Assembly: GCA_965112735.1 (NCBI GenBank)
Contig: OZ218960.1
Span: 3,343,088 to 3,407,087, forward strand
DNA from: Phaeosaccion multiseriatum
Lineage: Eukaryota; Protista; Ochrophyta, other classes
Direction of reading: 5' to 3'
Length of the DNA stretch: 64,000 nucleotides
Below are positions 59,201 through 64,000 of this stretch, piece after piece; the first letter of the stretch is position 1; each line of letters starts with the position of its first letter. The position numbers were made by a program, and so were the translations under genes. The notes under the pieces are model-generated. The model did not search any database and was not told where the DNA came from. It saw only the letters and a list, made by a program, of their open reading frames with translations.

Positions 59201-62200
59201 AGGCCAGGCCAGGCCAGGCCAGGCCAGGCCAGGCCAGGCCAGGCCAGGCCAGGCCAGGCCAGGCCAGGCCAGGCCAGGCCAGGCCAGGCCAGGCCAGGCC
59301 AGGCCAGGCCAGGCCAGGCCAGGCCAGGCCAGGCCAGGCCAGGCCAGGCCAGGCCAGGCCAGGCCAGGCCAGGCCAGGCCAGGCCAGGCCAGGCCAGGCC
59401 AGGCCAGGCCAGGCCAGGCCAGGCCAGGCCAGGCCAGGCCAGGCCAGGCCAGGCCAGGCCAGGCCAGGCCAGGCCAGGCCAGGCCAGGCCAGGCCAGGCC
59501 AGGCCAGGCCAGGCCAGGCCAGGCCAGGCCAGGCCAGGCCAGGCCAGGCCAGGCCAGGCCAGGCCAGGCCAGGCCAGGCCAGGCCAGGCCAGGCCAGGCC
59601 AGGCCAGGCCAGGCCAGGCCAGGCCAGGCCAGGCCAGGCCAGGCCAGGCCAGGCCAGGCCAGGCCAGGCCAGGCCAGGCCAGGCCAGGCCAGGCCAGGCC
59701 AGGCCAGGCCAGGCCAGGCCAGGCCAGGCCAGGCCAGGCCAGGCCAGGCCAGGCCAGGCCAGGCCAGGCCAGGCCAGGCCAGGCCAGGCCAGGCCAGGCC
59801 AGGCCAGGCCAGGCCAGGCCAGGCCAGGCCAGGCCAGGCCAGGCCAGGCCAGGCCAGGCCAGGCCAGGCCAGGCCAGGCCAGGCCAGGCCAGGCCAGGCC
59901 AGGCCAGGCCAGGCCAGGCCAGGCCAGGCCAGGCCAGGCCAGGCCAGGCCAGGCCAGGCCAGGCCAGGCCAGGCCAGGCCAGGCCAGGCCAGGCCAGGCC
60001 AGGCCAGGCCAGGCCAGGCCAGGCCAGGCCAGGCCAGGCCAGGCCAGGCCAGGCCAGGCCAGGCCAGGCCAGGCCAGGCCAGGCCAGGCCAGGCCAGGCC
60101 AGGCCAGGCCAGGCCAGGCCAGGCCAGGCCAGGCCAGGCCAGGCCAGGCCAGGCCAGGCCAGGCCAGGCCAGGCCAGGCCAGGCCAGGCCAGGCCAGGCC
60201 AGGCCAGGCCAGGCCAGGCCAGGCCAGGCCAGGCCAGGCCAGGCCAGGCCAGGCCAGGCCAGGCCAGGCCAGGCCAGGCCAGGCCAGGCCAGGCCAGGCC
60301 AGGCCAGGCCAGGCCAGGCCAGGCCAGGCCAGGCCAGGCCAGGCCAGGCCAGGCCAGGCCAGGCCAGGCCAGGCCAGGCCAGGCCAGGCCAGGCCAGGCC
60401 AGGCCAGGCCAGGCCAGGCCAGGCCAGGCCAGGCCAGGCCAGGCCAGGCCAGGCCAGGCCAGGCCAGGCCAGGCCAGGCCAGGCCAGGCCAGGCCAGGCC
60501 AGGCCAGGCCAGGCCAGGCCAGGCCAGGCCAGGCCAGGCCAGGCCAGGCCAGGCCAGGCCAGGCCAGGCCAGGCCAGGCCAGGCCAGGCCAGGCCAGGCC
60601 AGGCCAGGCCAGGCCAGGCCAGGCCAGGCCAGGCCAGGCCAGGCCAGGCCAGGCCAGGCCAGGCCAGGCCAGGCCAGGCCAGGCCAGGCCAGGCCAGGCC
60701 AGGCCAGGCCAGGCCAGGCCAGGCCAGGCCAGGCCAGGCCAGGCCAGGCCAGGCCAGGCCAGGCCAGGCCAGGCCAGGCCAGGCCAGGCCAGGCCAGGCC
60801 AGGCCAGGCCAGGCCAGGCCAGGCCAGGCCAGGCCAGGCCAGGCCAGGCCAGGCCAGGCCAGGCCAGGCCAGGCCAGGCCAGGCCAGGCCAGGCCAGGCC
60901 AGGCCAGGCCAGGCCAGGCCAGGCCAGGCCAGGCCAGGCCAGGCCAGGCCAGGCCAGGCCAGGCCAGGCCAGGCCAGGCCAGGCCAGGCCAGGCCAGGCC
61001 AGGCCAGGCCAGGCCAGGCCAGGCCAGGCCAGGCCAGGCCAGGCCAGGCCAGGCCAGGCCAGGCCAGGCCAGGCCAGGCCAGGCCAGGCCAGGCCAGGCC
61101 AGGCCAGGCCAGGCCAGGCCAGGCCAGGCCAGGCCAGGCCAGGCCAGGCCAGGCCAGGCCAGGCCAGGCCAGGCCAGGCCAGGCCAGGCCAGGCCAGGCC
61201 AGGCCAGGCCAGGCCAGGCCAGGCCAGGCCAGGCCAGGCCAGGCCAGGCCAGGCCAGGCCAGGCCAGGCCAGGCCAGGCCAGGCCAGGCCAGGCCAGGCC
61301 AGGCCAGGCCAGGCCAGGCCAGGCCAGGCCAGGCCAGGCCAGGCCAGGCCAGGCCAGGCCAGGCCAGGCCAGGCCAGGCCAGGCCAGGCCAGGCCAGGCC
61401 AGGCCAGGCCAGGCCAGGCCAGGCCAGGCCAGGCCAGGCCAGGCCAGGCCAGGCCAGGCCAGGCCAGGCCAGGCCAGGCCAGGCCAGGCCAGGCCAGGCC
61501 AGGCCAGGCCAGGCCAGGCCAGGCCAGGCCAGGCCAGGCCAGGCCAGGCCAGGCCAGGCCAGGCCAGGCCAGGCCAGGCCAGGCCAGGCCAGGCCAGGCC
61601 AGGCCAGGCCAGGCCAGGCCAGGCCAGGCCAGGCCAGGCCAGGCCAGGCCAGGCCAGGCCAGGCCAGGCCAGGCCAGGCCAGGCCAGGCCAGGCCAGGCC
61701 AGGCCAGGCCAGGCCAGGCCAGGCCAGGCCAGGCCAGGCCAGGCCAGGCCAGGCCAGGCCAGGCCAGGCCAGGCCAGGCCAGGCCAGGCCAGGCCAGGCC
61801 AGGCCAGGCCAGGCCAGGCCAGGCCAGGCCAGGCCAGGCCAGGCCAGGCCAGGCCAGGCCAGGCCAGGCCAGGCCAGGCCAGGCCAGGCCAGGCCAGGCC
61901 AGGCCAGGCCAGGCCAGGCCAGGCCAGGCCAGGCCAGGCCAGGCCAGGCCAGGCCAGGCCAGGCCAGGCCAGGCCAGGCCAGGCCAGGCCAGGCCAGGCC
62001 AGGCCAGGCCAGGCCAGGCCAGGCCAGGCCAGGCCAGGCCAGGCCAGGCCAGGCCAGGCCAGGCCAGGCCAGGCCAGGCCAGGCCAGGCCAGGCCAGGCC
62101 AGGCCAGGCCAGGCCAGGCCAGGCCAGGCCAGGCCAGGCCAGGCCAGGCCAGGCCAGGCCAGGCCAGGCCAGGCCAGGCCAGGCCAGGCCAGGCCAGGCC

Positions 62201-63996
62201 AGGCCAGGCCAGGCCAGGCCAGGCCAGGCCAGGCCAGGCCAGGCCAGGCCAGGCCAGGCCAGGCCAGGCCAGGCCAGGCCAGGCCAGGCCAGGCCAGGCC
62301 AGGCCAGGCCAGGCCAGGCCAGGCCAGGCCAGGCCAGGCCAGGCCAGGCCAGGCCAGGCCAGGCCAGGCCAGGCCAGGCCAGGCCAGGCCAGGCCAGGCC
62401 AGGCCAGGCCAGGCCAGGCCAGGCCAGGCCAGGCCAGGCCAGGCCAGGCCAGGCCAGGCCAGGCCAGGCCAGGCCAGGCCAGGCCAGGCCAGGCCAGGCC
62501 AGGCCAGGCCAGGCCAGGCCAGGCCAGGCCAGGCCAGGCCAGGCCAGGCCAGGCCAGGCCAGGCCAGGCCAGGCCAGGCCAGGCCAGGCCAGGCCAGGCC
62601 AGGCCAGGCCAGGCCAGGCCAGGCCAGGCCAGGCCAGGCCAGGCCAGGCCAGGCCAGGCCAGGCCAGGCCAGGCCAGGCCAGGCCAGGCCAGGCCAGGCC
62701 AGGCCAGGCCAGGCCAGGCCAGGCCAGGCCAGGCCAGGCCAGGCCAGGCCAGGCCAGGCCAGGCCAGGCCAGGCCAGGCCAGGCCAGGCCAGGCCAGGCC
62801 AGGCCAGGCCAGGCCAGGCCAGGCCAGGCCAGGCCAGGCCAGGCCAGGCCAGGCCAGGCCAGGCCAGGCCAGGCCAGGCCAGGCCAGGCCAGGCCAGGCC
62901 AGGCCAGGCCAGGCCAGGCCAGGCCAGGCCAGGCCAGGCCAGGCCAGGCCAGGCCAGGCCAGGCCAGGCCAGGCCAGGCCAGGCCAGGCCAGGCCAGGCC
63001 AGGCCAGGCCAGGCCAGGCCAGGCCAGGCCAGGCCAGGCCAGGCCAGGCCAGGCCAGGCCAGGCCAGGCCAGGCCAGGCCAGGCCAGGCCAGGCCAGGCC
63101 AGGCCAGGCCAGGCCAGGCCAGGCCAGGCCAGGCCAGGCCAGGCCAGGCCAGGCCAGGCCAGGCCAGGCCAGGCCAGGCCAGGCCAGGCCAGGCCAGGCC
63201 AGGCCAGGCCAGGCCAGGCCAGGCCAGGCCAGGCCAGGCCAGGCCAGGCCAGGCCAGGCCAGGCCAGGCCAGGCCAGGCCAGGCCAGGCCAGGCCAGGCC
63301 AGGCCAGGCCAGGCCAGGCCAGGCCAGGCCAGGCCAGGCCAGGCCAGGCCAGGCCAGGCCAGGCCAGGCCAGGCCAGGCCAGGCCAGGCCAGGCCAGGCC
63401 AGGCCAGGCCAGGCCAGGCCAGGCCAGGCCAGGCCAGGCCAGGCCAGGCCAGGCCAGGCCAGGCCAGGCCAGGCCAGGCCAGGCCAGGCCAGGCCAGGCC
63501 AGGCCAGGCCAGGCCAGGCCAGGCCAGGCCAGGCCAGGCCAGGCCAGGCCAGGCCAGGCCAGGCCAGGCCAGGCCAGGCCAGGCCAGGCCAGGCCAGGCC
63601 AGGCCAGGCCAGGCCAGGCCAGGCCAGGCCAGGCCAGGCCAGGCCAGGCCAGGCCAGGCCAGGCCAGGCCAGGCCAGGCCAGGCCAGGCCAGGCCAGGCC
63701 AGGCCAGGCCAGGCCAGGCCAGGCCAGGCCAGGCCAGGCCAGGCCAGGCCAGGCCAGGCCAGGCCAGGCCAGGCCAGGCCAGGCCAGGCCAGGCCAGGCC
63801 AGGCCAGGCCAGGCCAGGCCAGGGCCAGGCCAGGCCAGGCCAGGCCAGGCCAGGCCAGGCCAGGCCAGGCCAGGCCAGGCCAGGCCAGGCCAGGCCAGGC
63901 CAGGCCAGGGCCAGGCCAGGCCAGGCCAGGCCAGCCAGGCCAGGCCAGGCCAGGCCAGGCCAGGCCAGGCCAGGCCAGGCCAGGCCAGGCCAGGCC
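56239..63996 (+). repeat. (CCAGG)n array, ~1550 units, running to the window end; probable telomere position
   Basis: Near-perfect 5-mer array that begins TTTAGG CCAGGG CCAGGG CCAGG; sporadic CCAGGG units near 63821 and 63908. Confidence 0.9.
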
Positions 63997-64000
63997 GGAA

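Noticed and set aside
56239-63996. CCAGG as bacterial Dcm sites or contamination
   Set aside because: It is a pure tandem array contiguous with eukaryotic subtelomere-like DNA.

Overview
Eukaryotic, GC-rich, intron-rich DNA that appears to be the last 64 kb of a chromosome arm. An ochrophyte/stramenopile-type alga is my best guess, by inference only. Bases 1-38 kb hold eight spliced host genes: a giant QQLVIQ-repeat coiled-coil protein (5' truncated), PGK, TMEM258/Ost5, a G-protein-coupled-receptor kinase (GRK), an acidic/Lys-rich protein, a 7TM-RGS protein, a CgeB-like glycosyltransferase and a TKL kinase. From 38.3 kb the window is subtelomere-like: a remnant of one LTR family, a 175-179 bp satellite, then a ~7.8 kb (CCAGG)n array, which is either a telomere mis-basecalled from TTAGGG or a novel terminal repeat. 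A 12.6 kb Ty3/gypsy chromovirus-type element (39247-51878, minus strand; identical 195-bp LTRs; CACG target-site duplication) is inserted into the satellite and is the main object of interest. Its Pol carries an in-frame DEDDy (mut-7/WRN-like) 3'-5' exonuclease between RNase H and integrase. It has no tRNA primer site but has a Tf1-like self-priming complement. Gag and pol are in one frame, separated by UAG-CGG and UGA-CGG stops with a 13-bp hairpin after the UGA. A 92-bp perfect-palindrome TG...CA mini-element with a 4-bp TSD interrupts pol, and half of it recurs in a host intron. All domain calls are from motif recognition by eye; no searches were run, and splice boundaries are approximate.
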